DNA of 64,000 nt from Laetmonice hystrix (taxonomy: Eukaryota). The position numbers and the translations under genes were made by a program. Every line of letters begins with the position of its first letter. Positions within the stretch are counted from its first letter, which is position 1. This document shows positions 27,201 through 57,888 of the stretch, in pieces. The DNA lies in the NCBI GenBank assembly GCA_965235115.1, contig OZ249436.1, forward strand, positions 54,624,001-54,688,000, read 5' to 3'. Under the pieces are notes generated by a model that was not told where the DNA came from, did not search any database, and saw nothing but the letters and a program-made list of their open reading frames with translations.

Positions 27201-27662
27201 ACGTTGGGCCAGGGTTGGCTGTTGGAAGGGACATCCGACGTTGGGCCAGGGTTGGCTGTTGGTAGGGACTTCCGACGTTGGGCCAGGGTTGGCTGTTGGA
27301 AGGGACATCCGACGTTGGGCCAGGGTTGGCTGTTGGAAGGGACATCCGATGTTGGGCCAGGGTTGGCTGTTGGAAGGGACATCCGATGTTGGGCCAGGGT
27401 TGGCTGTTGGAAGGGACGTCCGATGTTGGGTCAGGGTTGGCTGTTGGAAGGGACATCCGATGTTGGGCCAGGGTTGGCTGTTGGAAGGGACATCCGATGT
27501 TGGGCCAGGGTTGGCTGTTGGTAGGGACATCCGACGTTGGGCCAGGGTTGGCTGTTGGAAGGGACATCCGACGTTGGGCCATGCAGGCCAGGGTTGGCTG
27601 TTGGTAGGGACATCCGACGTTGGGCCAGGGTTGGCTGTTGGAGGGGACATCCGACGTGGGGC
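27201..27662. repeat. Minisatellite, 37 bp unit, about 12 copies
   Basis: ACGTTGGGCCAGGGTTGGCTGTTGGAAGGGACATCCG repeats; flanks carry GGCCCAACG/CGTTGGGCC motifs, suggesting amplification within a TE. Confidence 0.95.
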
Positions 27663-28026
27663 CAACCATATGCCAATGAAGCAAATAGCCTTGTGTCCAA
27701 CGTCAACTGCTACTGTTGGGCCAACGGAACTACATTCGTTGGGCCTACTCGTTGATTTTAGGTCACCGACAACACATCTCCACTAATTTACAACGTTTTC
27801 ACATTATTCAGCACGGCCCTTTTTTACTGACAGCAATAATATACATTGAGAAATTAACGCCAGCAAAATTTGACATTTATATGCCATTGGTCGAAATTAT
27901 TTCCCAGGCTAGATCGAAAAATCTATCGCAAATACCAAATAAATGTGCTGCAGACTGCAATGCACCTGCAGCGAACGAGGCCTGCACATAGTAAAATAAT
28001 GATGTGTATTGTTTTCAGGAGTCGGT

Positions 28027-30254
28027 ATGTCAGGGGTTGAGCACAAGTTGATGGGAGAGTACCAATACCACGGTATGAAGATGGCCGGTTGTTTCCCCAT
28101 GGCTGTCTTAGATCGTATCCGAACTTTCCGATACTACGACGACGATATCATCGTGACTTGCTATCCTAAGTCAGGCATGTATCGATATCCAAGCACACCT
28201 GTGTACTGAAAAACTTAGTGGTCTTGATTATTCGCCTACTAAACCGCCATAATATTATACTGCACTTTATAAGGGCCCTTGAGATAGGCTATATACTTCA
28301 AACTCGAACTTATAGTTAAAGGCTCAATTTTGATCTGTTTTAGATTAAAATATTCCTATTTACAGATATATTTCAGATATGCCTATATCCGTTGGGGGGG
28401 GGGGGGGGGGGGGGTTACCATAACACTACGTATACAGTTGGTCACAAACATGGGGAGTAATATTCGCCGGCCTTCTTTAGCAAATGAAAAAGATTAACTT
28501 TGTTAAAAAAGAAAAACGAAAAGAAAATAACAACAAAATGTTGGCATAGAGCACGAGGGGCACCGTGCGAGTCGGGTACGAAGAACCAAATGGGCCGAGA
28601 TATGGGGAGGCCCATCAGTACACGCACCCCTGCACGTTGATCCGCTGAGGAACCAGTCCCCCCTTTAGAAACGCCCAGCTCCCGAGAATGTGGAATGAAT
28701 CTTCTCTTAAAATAGCCTAGCGACAATTATCGTAATACGGAATTTATAATTGTGTTTTTATAACAACAAAAATAATCCTATAGGAACGACATGGATGCAA
28801 GAGATTGTGTGGCTCATCTGTAACAACGCCGACGTTGAGCGTGCGCGAGCGGTGCTACAGGACGACAGGGTACCGTTTCTGGAGATCGACAAGGGGCAGG
28901 TAATCCCTACATAACGCTCACTCCTTAACACTTAAAGGGGCATACTATGAAACACCGTTTTGAGGATTTCCGGCAATTATCCTACATGACCGTGTACTAG
29001 GGATCCAAGTAAATAATCCTACCACAGCATTTTGTCCTCGGACGTGTTTTCGCTGTGTATGCAGCACATCTCCCGCCATAATTTGGCGGACAACCCCCCA
29101 TCAACCCGTGTAATTGCATACTGTGTGTGCACGCTCTGCATGTGCTTAGTCACGTGCTTCGCTTAGTTGTAAACAATTCAGCAGTGGCACTCGATCGCCC
29201 GGCATAAGAATGCCACCCAAAAAATATTTTACGAAATCGGCAGAGAAGCGGGCAAGGGAGCTTAATAAACTTTGATTTCTCACGCAAAATGAAACTGATA
29301 AGTCTGTCTTTGTTTACTAAGCAATTTTAATGAAGGATCTCTTTATGACAACAGCAAAAGTTCTATGAAATACCGATTTTTAAAGTTTCCTCATAATATG
29401 CCCCTTTAACGTCCCGACCGAGTTTCCTGTTGGTTATTTAGATGTTCATAAACCAGCATCAATCAATGGTGTATCCTGGTGGACCTGAAGGTGTTATTAG
29501 GAGAGGCCAAAAGTAACGGTTTATTTATTCTACGTTTGAAAATTTTCAGCCCCCTCCCCAATAAATACGTCAAGAACTGTGGATAATGGACAAATTGCAT
29601 TTATGGGTTCTCGATCCGCTTTGAATGCTTCAGGGCCGGTTGGATATCGACTACATTGAAGAGATGGAGCGTCCCCGCCTCATCAAGAGTCACCTACCAT
29701 ACAGGTTTTTCAAAGATAACATTAAGGGCAAAGGCACAAAGATCATTGTTGGTATGCGCAATATCAAAGATACCATCGTCTCTCTATACTTCTTCTTTAA
29801 AATGAATGCCTCTTTCGGAAATTTCAAGGGCACATTTGCAGAGTTCTTCGAGCTATTCAGGGGAAAAGAACTGCCCTATGGTGACTGGTTCGATTATAAT
29901 CTCGACTACTGGTCAGGTCGTCATGAAAGCCAGATGTATGTGTTGAAATACGAGGACCTTCACAAGGACCTGCAGGGAACCATACGTCAGCTGGCCGTCT
30001 TCCTTGAGAAGGACCTCACGGATGAGCAGGTGAACGACATCGCCGACCACGTGTCCTTCGGTGCCATGAAACAAAACGTGATGGTGAACAAAATACGTCA
30101 TCCAGGCTTTGATCATTCCATCTCGCCCTTTTTCCGCAAGGGTTCGGTGGGGGACTGGAAGTCCTACATAACTGTCGAACAAAACGAGTACGTCGATAAG
30201 ATCTACAACGAACGAATGACCGGAACAGGGCTGGAGTTTGACTTCGAACTGTGA
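28027..30254 (+). CDS. Cytosolic PAPS-dependent sulfotransferase (SULT1-like), 3 coding exons, 294 aa
   Basis: Exons 28027-28174, 28784-28899, 29634-30254 (885 nt, in frame). Motifs: 5'-PSB loop YPKSGTTW across the first junction, catalytic His in RLIKSHLP, 3'-PB RNIKDTIVSLY, FFRKGSVGDWK and the KxxxTVxxxE dimerisation motif (KSYITVEQNE). An acceptor at 28018 implies an upstream non-coding exon. Confidence 0.95.
28936..29405. mobile_element. TTAA-specific MITE (Kolobok-like), copy 2, in the second coding intron of the sulfotransferase
   Basis: TTAA|AGGGGCATA...TATGCCCCT|TTAA; shorter than copy 1 through internal deletions. Confidence 0.9.
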
Positions 30255-30384
30255 ACAGTATAGTAGCGTATTCCAGCTGCAGTGTATTGGTACAAGATAT
30301 TTCATGAATCCGTGGTTTCACAGATTCTGCTTCAACGTGGTTTTGGAAACCCCGCGCAACGTTGAACCAACGTAGACACAATAC

Positions 30385-30744
30385 ACGTTGATCAGTCTAC
30401 CTGAGGAGGATGAATCAACGTGTACAATGTAAACGTTGATCAACGAAACTAAGGAGGAGGATGAATCAACGTGTACAATGTAAACATTGATCAACGAAAC
30501 TAAGGAGGAGGATGAATCAACGTGTACAATGTAAACGTTGATCAACGAAACTAAGGAGGAGGATGAATCAACGTGTACAATGTAAACGTTGATCAACGAA
30601 ACTAAGGAGGAGGATGAATCAACGTGTACAATGTAAACATTGATCAACGAAACTAAGGAGGAGGATGAATCAACGTGTACAATGTAAACGTTGATCAACG
30701 AAACTAAGGAGGAGGATGAATCAACGTGTACAATGTAAACGTTG
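30385..30744. repeat. Minisatellite, 51 bp unit, about 7 copies, downstream of the sulfotransferase stop
   Basis: GAGGAGGATGAATCAACGTGTACAATGTAAACGTTGATCAACGAAACTAAG repeats. Confidence 0.95.
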
Positions 30745-31053
30745 CACAGCCACTTGCCCCTAGTTCCGCCGCCTATGCAAAGTGAATACATCAAGTCGGT
30801 AAAATCGTTTATGATAAAAAAATGGATTAGGAGATCGCAAACCTGGCTATAAGGTACTAAAACTGAACCGGTTCACATCGTGAGTAGTGAATACTGTCGC
30901 GCCACCTGACGGCATAGTCAGTAACTGTGGAATGCATGCCTCCTCGTATCAAAGTGAATTTATCAAGTCGGTAAAATCGGTCATATGATAAAAAAAATGA
31001 ATTAGAAGATCGCAAACTTCCACCATAAGAAGGTACTTAATTGAGTAATAACC

Positions 31054-31326
31054 CAGGGGCGTATCCAGAAATTGGTTGGGGGTGGGGGTGGAGTTCCTAA
31101 GTTTAGGTACTTCAGAGATGGCCTTAGGCCATGCTCCTCTGGGAAATTAAAAAAGAGACATCAAATAATGTAATCTCAGAACGTCTCATTTGGAAATATA
31201 AAGATATCCTTTGGTTAAAATAATGCAATTTACACTCCTGTTTTACAAAGCTGTCCTTAATAATATAGTAATTTTTTTTGTTTGGGGGGGGGGGTATACT
31301 TGGAAACCCCCCTGGATACGCCACTG
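31054..31326. mobile_element. MITE, CAG...CTG termini, 5-bp TSD (hAT5-like)
   Basis: CAGGGGCGTATCCAG...CTGGATACGCCACTG; flanks TAACC/CAACC. Confidence 0.85.
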
Positions 31327-31631
31327 CAACCGGTCCTTTTCACTACAGTGAGTAGCGAATACTGTTACATTGTATTTCATAATCATATCTAGTGCCTATA
31401 CCCCGTCCGGGCGGGAGTATGAACGGACGTACAGACAGTGAATTAGAAGCCCCCCCGGCGGCGTGGGGGATTTATAAACAGATTGCAATGATTAAAGCAT
31501 GATGCACTTGTTGCGACCGTGTCATTCCGTATTTAATTACTCATTACGAACACTTGAGTAACATATTGATAGGTTGATTGCAGTAACCAATCATACTGTC
31601 GATGACAACGGAGACTGGACCAATTAACCGT

Positions 31632-31667
31632 AATAAATTGATGAATGATATTTCATTCACTTTTATT
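31632..31667. terminator. Candidate paired polyadenylation signals for the convergent genes
   Basis: AATAAA on + at 31632-31637 and AATAAA on - at 31667-31662; use is not demonstrated. Confidence 0.35.
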
Positions 31668-31979
31668 GAACACAGGCTTCAGACTAAAATAATCATCTCA
31701 TGCAAAAATGAAGACCAATTCCTAGTTTCCAAGATAATGCAAGAGTTAAGCAACATTAATGTGCGGCTCGTACACCATTGAAGTAAGGCCTCATCCCAAT
31801 CTCCCATGAGACATTGCCTAGTGACACCTTGCGGCGGAGAGTGGCCTCATCCTTCCGAGCTGGTCTTCCGGCGATATCTGCCTGGCGCTACACGTTTCGG
31901 GCATATGGAGCCGGCTGTGGCTCCGCTGAACACTTCGAGAATTGCGGATAGGCCTAACGCCAGTTTTAAATCAAGGTAT

Positions 31980-32127
31980 CAGGGCCGTAGCTATAGCGGG
32001 GGGCAGCTGCACCCCTGGGAAACCTTGAATCGTGTTCCCAGATACCAGGAAAACGCGCAGGCCTATTTGGCCCTGTAATTTTCAGACTGACTGCCACCCC
32101 ACTCAGAAATTCCTAGCTACGGCCCTG
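31980..32127. mobile_element. MITE, CAG...CTG termini, 5-bp TSD (hAT5-like)
   Basis: CAGGGCCGTAGCTA...TAGCTACGGCCCTG; flanks GGTAT/GGTAC. Confidence 0.85.
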
Positions 32128-32164
32128 GGTACTGAGATCTTGGGGTGGGTGCGTTAGCTTGATG

Positions 32165-32565
32165 AATAGGGCTGGCCAGTTCTCGTGTCCTAGATAGGCA
32201 AACATGCGAGAAAGAGCGAGAATGGGGACAAACAGAGGATAGTCTCGTCAGTTTAGCATTGCTACGCCCATAGGGACCAGCGACTGTCAACTTCAAAATA
32301 TTTTTGCTCCCCAATGAGAGCACTTTGAGTCTTGAGCTTTACAAATATGATTAATTAACAAGTTTACTGAATGAAAAGGTACATTTTACATGTAAGAAGT
32401 TAAAATTTTTACACACAGCCTGATTTTAGAAATTGTTGTTACTGAGCCTATGTTAAACCTATGGGCAATTTGTGACGTCACATTGTTTGTCCCCAAAGCG
32501 CAAGTGGTTTGAGGTTATTTTACGTCATTTGCATATCCAGGACACGAGACTGTCCAGCCCTATTG
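32165..32565. mobile_element. Old MITE with ~35-bp imperfect TIRs
   Basis: AATAGGGCTGGCCAGTTCTCGTGTCCT...AGGACACGAGACTGTCCAGCCCTATT; no TSD seen. Confidence 0.65.
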
Positions 32566-32913
32566 GTCAGTGAAAACAGGATAAGTTACCAGCCTGTCGT
32601 GGAACCGTCTAACCTCTGGCGTTAGAGATCAAAGCGCCATCAATGCGATTTAAATCGATTTGAAGCGCATTGGAGCGTCGGTGTGTCAACGGTATATCAG
32701 AAGCCAATTTTCCGAGCGGTAATAAAGTGAGTGAGTGAGTGAATGGGGGGGGGGGGGGGTGAGTGAGTGGATGAGTGAGTGAGTGATTGGGGGGGGGGGG
32801 GGTGAGTGAGTGTGGGGGAGGGAGTAATGGTGGTCGGCATCAAAGGCCATCTTCACGGCGCAAACAATTCAATAAAGTGAGTCAGTGCTCGCTACCAGGT
32901 CAACGTTCTCTCT

Positions 32914-33210
32914 CATAATGACGGTCCTACGAGACCGGACCATAATGACGGTCCTACGAGACCGGGCCATAATGACGGTCCTACGAGACCGGGCTATAAT
33001 GACGGTCCTACGAGACCGGGCCATAATGACGGTCCTACGAGACCGGGCCATAATGACGGTCCTACGAGACTGGACCATAATGACGGTCCTACGAGACCGG
33101 GCCATAATGACGGTCCTACGAGACTGGACCATAATGACGGTCCTACGAGACCGGGCCATAATGACGGTCCTACGAGACCGGGCTATAATGACGGTCCTAC
33201 GAGACCGGGC
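32914..33210. repeat. Minisatellite, 27 bp unit, 11 copies, in the 3' UTR of the guanylyl cyclase
   Basis: CATAATGACGGTCCTACGAGACCGGGC repeats, beginning about 15 nt after the stop codon on the minus strand. Confidence 0.95.
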
Positions 33211-33224
33211 TCAAATTCGACGGT

Positions 33225-52006
<18,782 letters not shown>

Positions 52007-53552
52007 TCTATCAGTTAGGTCTTAATTTCAGCTAAAAGGCAACAAGAGCTTTGCGTGTCCTTGAAAAAGAAGCCTCATTTGCAGATCCCGTCAGTGCGAA
52101 ATGTTGAAATCCTGAAGGTCGGCGGTGTAGTATTGGTGACGGTGACGTTTACAGCGTCTGTGTCTGCCAGTGACAAATGTCGCGCCTCTTTCTGCAATAG
52201 GTGTAGATATGCTGAAATGGCAAATCCGAGCACGCCCTGGAAGCTTCAGAATTGCAGAAAGAAATGGCCTAATGTTATTGGTTAACTTGTTATGGTGCCA
52301 GCAACAAACAACCGCGCAGGGCTTCGTGATGCCAGTTTTACTTCACGGCTTATGCATGTCAAAGGCTGCTGCCATACAGCTGGGATAGGACAGGGAATTA
52401 ACATAAAGCTGCTTCCACCAACACCAACCATGTTTTAACGGTGCACTTATGCATGCATAAGCTCCATCTGCAGACCTATAAAGGATTAATTTCTTAAAAG
52501 GGTAAATCATTTAATTTCACGACAGAGCTATACATGATAGATCTCCGCCTTTTGTAGGAATCTATAGGGGTCATTATTGGAGACTCTAACTATTTATGAA
52601 GTGTTTTAATCGCATGACGCGGTACATTATGCCCCGCAACTGAGGGGGGGGGGGGGGGGAGCATGCCCTCCACTCTCAAAATGTCCTATCCCCTCTCACT
52701 TCGGACATCGAATCTAATGTGAATAGCGTCAGTCCCGGCTCCTATAAGGGGGAGGGGGCTGCATAGGAGTTATTGGTCAAATCGGTATAGACCAAGATCT
52801 ATCGTTTCCGCGTGGTTTATGGAATTCGGGCTAAACGAGACACTGACATATTCCTGCATTCGGGAACCCTCGGCCATGTGCACTTGCAACTTGCCGTAGC
52901 CTGCGGGGGGGGGGGGGGCAGCTGTCCCCTGGGATTTCCAGTTTTTTTGTGTTTCTTTTTAACCCACGCCCCCTGGCCAGCCCGACCGGCGCAATGACGA
53001 GCTATCAGTTGGCAGGCCTAATGCCCCCCCCCCCCCCCCACACACACACGTATTTGGTGAATTTCCCCCAAAAAAACACGTGCTGTTTCGCCGTTATATA
53101 GGACCGGAATCACATTTATGCTTACCTCCTTCGCCATTGGCGTATTTTGTGGCACTGAATTATAGGGTACTGATTCTCTACACACATATAAAAACACGTA
53201 ACTGGATGAGGGTCCTTCACTGGGGGAAAGTATGGAACGAGATGCCTACGTATACTGAAAACAAAGACAGATGCAGTCGTTTCTGGCTACTTCTCTCAAA
53301 TGTGTGTAAGGCGCGTTTTGTTTCACTTTTTCTTCCTTGCTGGCTTTCATGTAGATCCGTATGTTAATTACCATGTTGTTAATCCGAATTTAGTTAGAAA
53401 TATTGTCATTAAGGGAGATTAATCTGGTTGTTGGATTAGCTGTTGAGAACGGATTAAAATGAGAGAACATTGTTGAAACATGACCTGCATGCATGCCACC
53501 CACCTTCTGGCCCCATGGACCACACCCATCCACCCCCGGTCTCCATCCCACA

Positions 53553-53828
53553 CAGCAGGTGTGAAATGAGAGTCCGAAATGGAGGTCCGTCAGACCTTGG
53601 TTATGTAGGTCCTAGGTCATCAACTTCGTGGTATAAGACAATATAATTAAGAAAAGGCAAGTGGATAGGATTAGGGATAGGATTATGAAGAAATATTTAA
53701 ATAATACAACATCACGGACTTCAAGTCCAAGGAATCCATGCAGGTCCGTCAGACTTATACTTCAAGGAAAGCATGTCCATCGGACCTGCATTTCAGGGGG
53801 ACTTGGATTTTTTATATACACCTGCTGT
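53553..53828 (-). mobile_element. Copy of the element at 13387-13643
   Basis: Inverted ends ACAGCAGGTGT...ACACCTGCTGT; internal sequence is the reverse complement of 13395-13600. Confidence 0.75.
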
Positions 53829-55251
53829 CAATCTCCCATAATGCAGAGGGGCTTGCTCCACTATACCCCTCTGCCACACCTCACTTTTTACGGCGACAAT
53901 CGCTCCTGTACATACGCGTTTAACCCCGTTTTTGCAAAGTCGGCCGCCCTTTATGGTATCTAACATAGATAGATGACATTCATCGTACAGGAGAAATATC
54001 TGATGAAATATTAGGAACTACATTTTCTGAGGGATATCAACACTAGTCGCAAGTCGGTTGGCCAATTTCGGGATGATTCGAAAGGCTTCGGGTGTTTCCG
54101 ACTATATAGGTACTTCCGTTCAACATACACTCTTATAAATGACGGTTCCGAAAGGGTTCATCATGGGGAACCAAAGTTCTTCAAAGAACCATTTGGTTCT
54201 TTAGCTCGAACTGCGTTCTTTGGCTAGGCAGAGGGTTCTTGGCAAAGGAACGTAGGTTCTTCAGTTAAAATAGGTTCTTTACTTAGTTAAAAGGTTCTTC
54301 AGTTTATGAAGAACTATTTTATAAATGGTCTTGTGTGTGCCTGTTTTACTCGAATTTAATGTCAAATAGGATTTTTCTATTCCTAACCAGGTTTCCAGAA
54401 AACATGTAGGGGAGAGTGGGGCATTGACTGACACATTTTGTCAAAGCCTAATATCTCTGCGGTTATGAATGCTATTCAGAAGCTATTTGGTGGGTGGCTG
54501 TCCATCAGACCTAGCTTTAGTATTATCGTCTTTGTGTGACTTTCAAATTATACATTTTAGAGTTATCCACAAAAAATGCTTCTGTCCGGTTTTCCTCAAT
54601 GCCTGGGTCCTACGGGGCAAATCCGGCACGGATACGCTTATTAACTAATTGTATATAGGCCTACCAAGGTCATAGCAGGTTAGGATCGTTGGTTATGGGG
54701 TATCCCAAGCCAATGAGGTCTCCGCCACGTGTCCAAGCGCCGAAACCAGGGTGGCCTTGTCCTGCGGCTGCATTTGATTTCTCCGAAGATTTAGATGTTT
54801 GTGTGGTATCATAATTATTCTGACAGTCTGCGCCGTAAAAGTAAACAACAAGAGTGCCTCAGCAAAATCAAGCAGCCACGATTCCAGCTCGGCTGGCCCG
54901 ATCGGGGATTTCTAGGTCAGGTCACGATCTCTGTCCGGAGAGTGACCTGCTCTTTGACACCTGACCACTCCAGGATAATCCTAGCTTTAATCTCGAAAAG
55001 CTCCGTAATAAATCTAAATCACGAAATGTCAAAATATTTATAAAACCCCTATTCTATTTTTCTCTTTCGTAAGTATTGGCTAGTTATAGTGGAGGAACAT
55101 TATCTTAGAAAGCAGTAGATCTACTGTAATTTGTTGAAGCTTTTAATTTGTCGTTTCTTTTTGTTCATGAAAAGAAAAACCAGAAAGTATTACCTTCAAA
55201 TCTTCAGCATATTTTGCGAAAAGAACTATTATCTGTTTGTTTTCTGATTCA

Positions 55252-55965
55252 GGCCGAGTGATCTAAGGTGTTGGCTCATGACACCAAGGACCATCGCCTC
55301 CCACCACTGCGGTTCGGGTTCGATCCCCGGCCAGGGCTGCATGTGTGAAAGGTTTGCCAGTCAGTTCCAGTACCCACCTCACTGTATATATAGTGTTTGG
55401 AGGGCCGTAGCTCGGAAACGGTGGCAGATAGCGCCTCCGTTTCCATTGAGGGCGAATAGTAAGTCGGGGTCGCTCTTTCCAACGACACCAAGATCGAGAC
55501 CGTACAACCAGCCGTTTGGACGGGGCGGCCGTTTTCTAGTCCGGCGCCGGCCAGCGTTTTCCGGCCCTTTTCTTGGTGGAGTAGGCCTATACCCGGAGGA
55601 AACCACCGGCCTTTAGGAACTATATTTAGGGGCCAGACGGCGGCCCCGGCGAAACGGCTGGTCGGACCGCCTCGATGTTGGTGTCGTTGGAAAGCCCGAC
55701 CCCGACTTCCTGTATCTCGGAAACGGTGGCAGATAGCGCCCCCGTTTTCATTGAGGGCGAATAGGAAGTCGGGGTCGGGCTTTCCAACGACACCAACATC
55801 GAGGCGGTCCGACCAGCCGTTACGCCGGGGCCACCGCCTGGCCCCTAAATATAGTTCCTAAAGGCTGGTGGTTTCCTCCGGGTATAGGCCTACTCCACCA
55901 AGAAAAACTGACTTTCATCATCATCTTCACCGCCGTGATATGATCTGATTCATTAGCAAGGGGTT
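55252..55965 (+). mobile_element. tRNA-derived SINE (V-domain-like core) interrupted by a rearranged DNA-element insertion
   Basis: A-box-like GGCCGAGTGG, B-box GGTTCGATCC; the body resumes at ~55860 with GGTGGTTTCCTCCGGGTA...CTCCACCAAGAAAAACTGAC; ~55370-55850 is inserted sequence. Confidence 0.7.
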
Positions 55966-56053
55966 TATTCTACAAGACGTAGGCCTATGTAGGCCTACAC
56001 GATGAGAGTGATTTATCACAATCAAACTGGAAAGTATCCGGTGACAAACTTAA

Positions 56054-56393
56054 AGGTGCTATTCGTGAAAAAAAGTTCAATTTTTTTATTTTTTATTTTG
56101 TTGACGTTTATGTGATCCCACCTATCATGGAAATAGATTCACAACAAAGGAAATCAAAATTTTTCATGGATAACGGCACAAATGGGGCTCTCTCAGAAGG
56201 CCTGTGGAGACCCTGACACGCCCCACCATAGGAAATGGCTCTATCTCGGTGCGCACCGAGATAGGTTTCAAATGCTGCACACAAACTAATAGAAGGTTTA
56301 TCAGGCCAATGGTATCGGTAGGAATTTTTTCTAGTACTATGTGCACAATGTATGATAGGAGAAATGCCATTCTGTGCGAGACGAATAGCACCT
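56054..56393. mobile_element. TTAA-specific MITE (Kolobok-like)
   Basis: TTAA|AGGTGCTATTCGT...ACGAATAGCACCT|TTAA. Confidence 0.9.
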
Positions 56394-57325
56394 TTAATAG
56401 AAAGCGAGGATTGACGTCAGGGCAAACTGCATCTGCATGTATTTTTCACACCGAATAAGACTATTTTTTCGCCGAATAAGTATACAATACTTTTATTATG
56501 GATATCCATGCAACAGTATCTCTGAAGTCAAAATGTGAAGTAGTAGCCATCCAGCGTTCAAAGACTGGTGCACACCAAGGCGATTTTCCACGCGATAGGC
56601 CAACGTTTGGGAACGTTAGGTCATCGCGGCAATAATCGGCTTGGTCTGCAAGGTCAGCATATAGGTGACCGATGATTGCCCTCGCATGCGATGGTAATGG
56701 CCATCGCCTGGCCAAGCGATGGTATTCAATACATAGGCCTATATAGGCCTATTGAATCATCGCATGGAAACCCCACCATGAGCTAATTAATCGCATGGGC
56801 TTCAGTGGTTGTTTCTCCTTTTCAACCACTCTCTCGCTCATCGCGCAGTATAGAAAGAACAAAACTGGTAGATCTCTACCTATAGGCCTACACCCAAGTC
56901 GATTGTGGGGACACAGCGGCTGTACCTAGGCTATAGAGTCTATGTCGGACATTTCAATACAAGACAGCCGCCTATAGTAAGCGTGTGATTCTTTAGATGA
57001 TCTATAATGTGGAAACGTTTAGAAAGAAAGGGGCAGTAGGCCTATACATAATCTCAGTCAGCCAGACCAATAAATGCCCGCTCAGAACAGAATATATTTA
57101 TTGCCTAATATATGAATCGAAACGGGGGTCACATTGAACACATCATCCATATCCCAGATCATCGCTAAGGCACTTAGTCACTTACAAGGCCTATAATACC
57201 ACAGAAAATGTGGTTGTGACAGTTATAGGCGTAACAAATATTAATACAGAATCAAAATGGTAGGCCCCTAACATTTGTTTCGACGCTTTGTATCTGCCTA
57301 ATCAACAAATCAGTGGTAATAATAG

Positions 57326-57458
57326 TAATAATATGATTTTGCTGGGCGTTGTGCCCTCATTTGAAGCCCTCCATTTTTGGTTTGAAGGCTGTCCTTTGGT
57401 TTGACCAAAAATGGCGGGCTTCAAATGAGCACAACGCCCAGCAAAATCATATTATTGT
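57326..57458. repeat. Hairpin element with ~55-bp arms
   Basis: AATAATATGATTTTGCTGGGCGTTGTGC...GCACAACGCCCAGCAAAATCATATTATT. Confidence 0.85.
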
Positions 57459-57710
57459 TATATTGATATGATACCATACATCGATTTTTGTCATTTAGGC
57501 CTACATGGCAGGAACTATGGCTAACTATGGTTCCCAGTGGAACTATGGAACTATGTTTCCCAGTGCCCCCCCCCCTTCCCTAGGCCTAAATTAGAATTTA
57601 GAATAAGATCAAACATAAATAGGCCTCTAGAGGCGTATTTGGAGTTAATCACAAACTACTCTTTTAATTGGGTGAGAAGGTTGGACGTCTGAATTTTACC
57701 AAAAAAATAA

Positions 57711-57888
57711 GGTAGGCTATATCGCCCATGATAACTTAAACCCCACGAAATTTGGTGGAAAGTAAAGATCCATGGCCCTGACCTCACCTCCCAAAAACAT
57801 ATCCCTATCCTATCCCTATCCCTATTCCTGACCTTAACCCTAACCCCTGCCCAAACATTTCGTGGAAAGTTATCATGGGGGAAGAACC
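57711..57888 (+). mobile_element. 178-bp element with CCCTAT/CCCTAA tract and 8-bp TSD
   Basis: TSD AAAAATAA at 57703-57710 and 57889-57896; CCCATGATAACT/AGTTATCATGGG subterminal inverted repeat; 3' part matches 46565-46651. Confidence 0.8.

Noticed and set aside
27048..27786. Cluster of 100-200 aa ORFs on both strands; 37-bp period resembling CRISPR repeats
   Set aside because: A stop-poor 37-bp VNTR open in most frames; no spacers.
30318..30794. 158-aa repetitive ORF (NVYIVHVDSSSSLVSLI)n
   Set aside because: Arises from the 51-bp repeat, a multiple of 3; no synonymous-type variation or gene structure.
55252..55340. tRNA gene
   Set aside because: A and B boxes are present but no proper cloverleaf or terminator; it continues into a SINE body.
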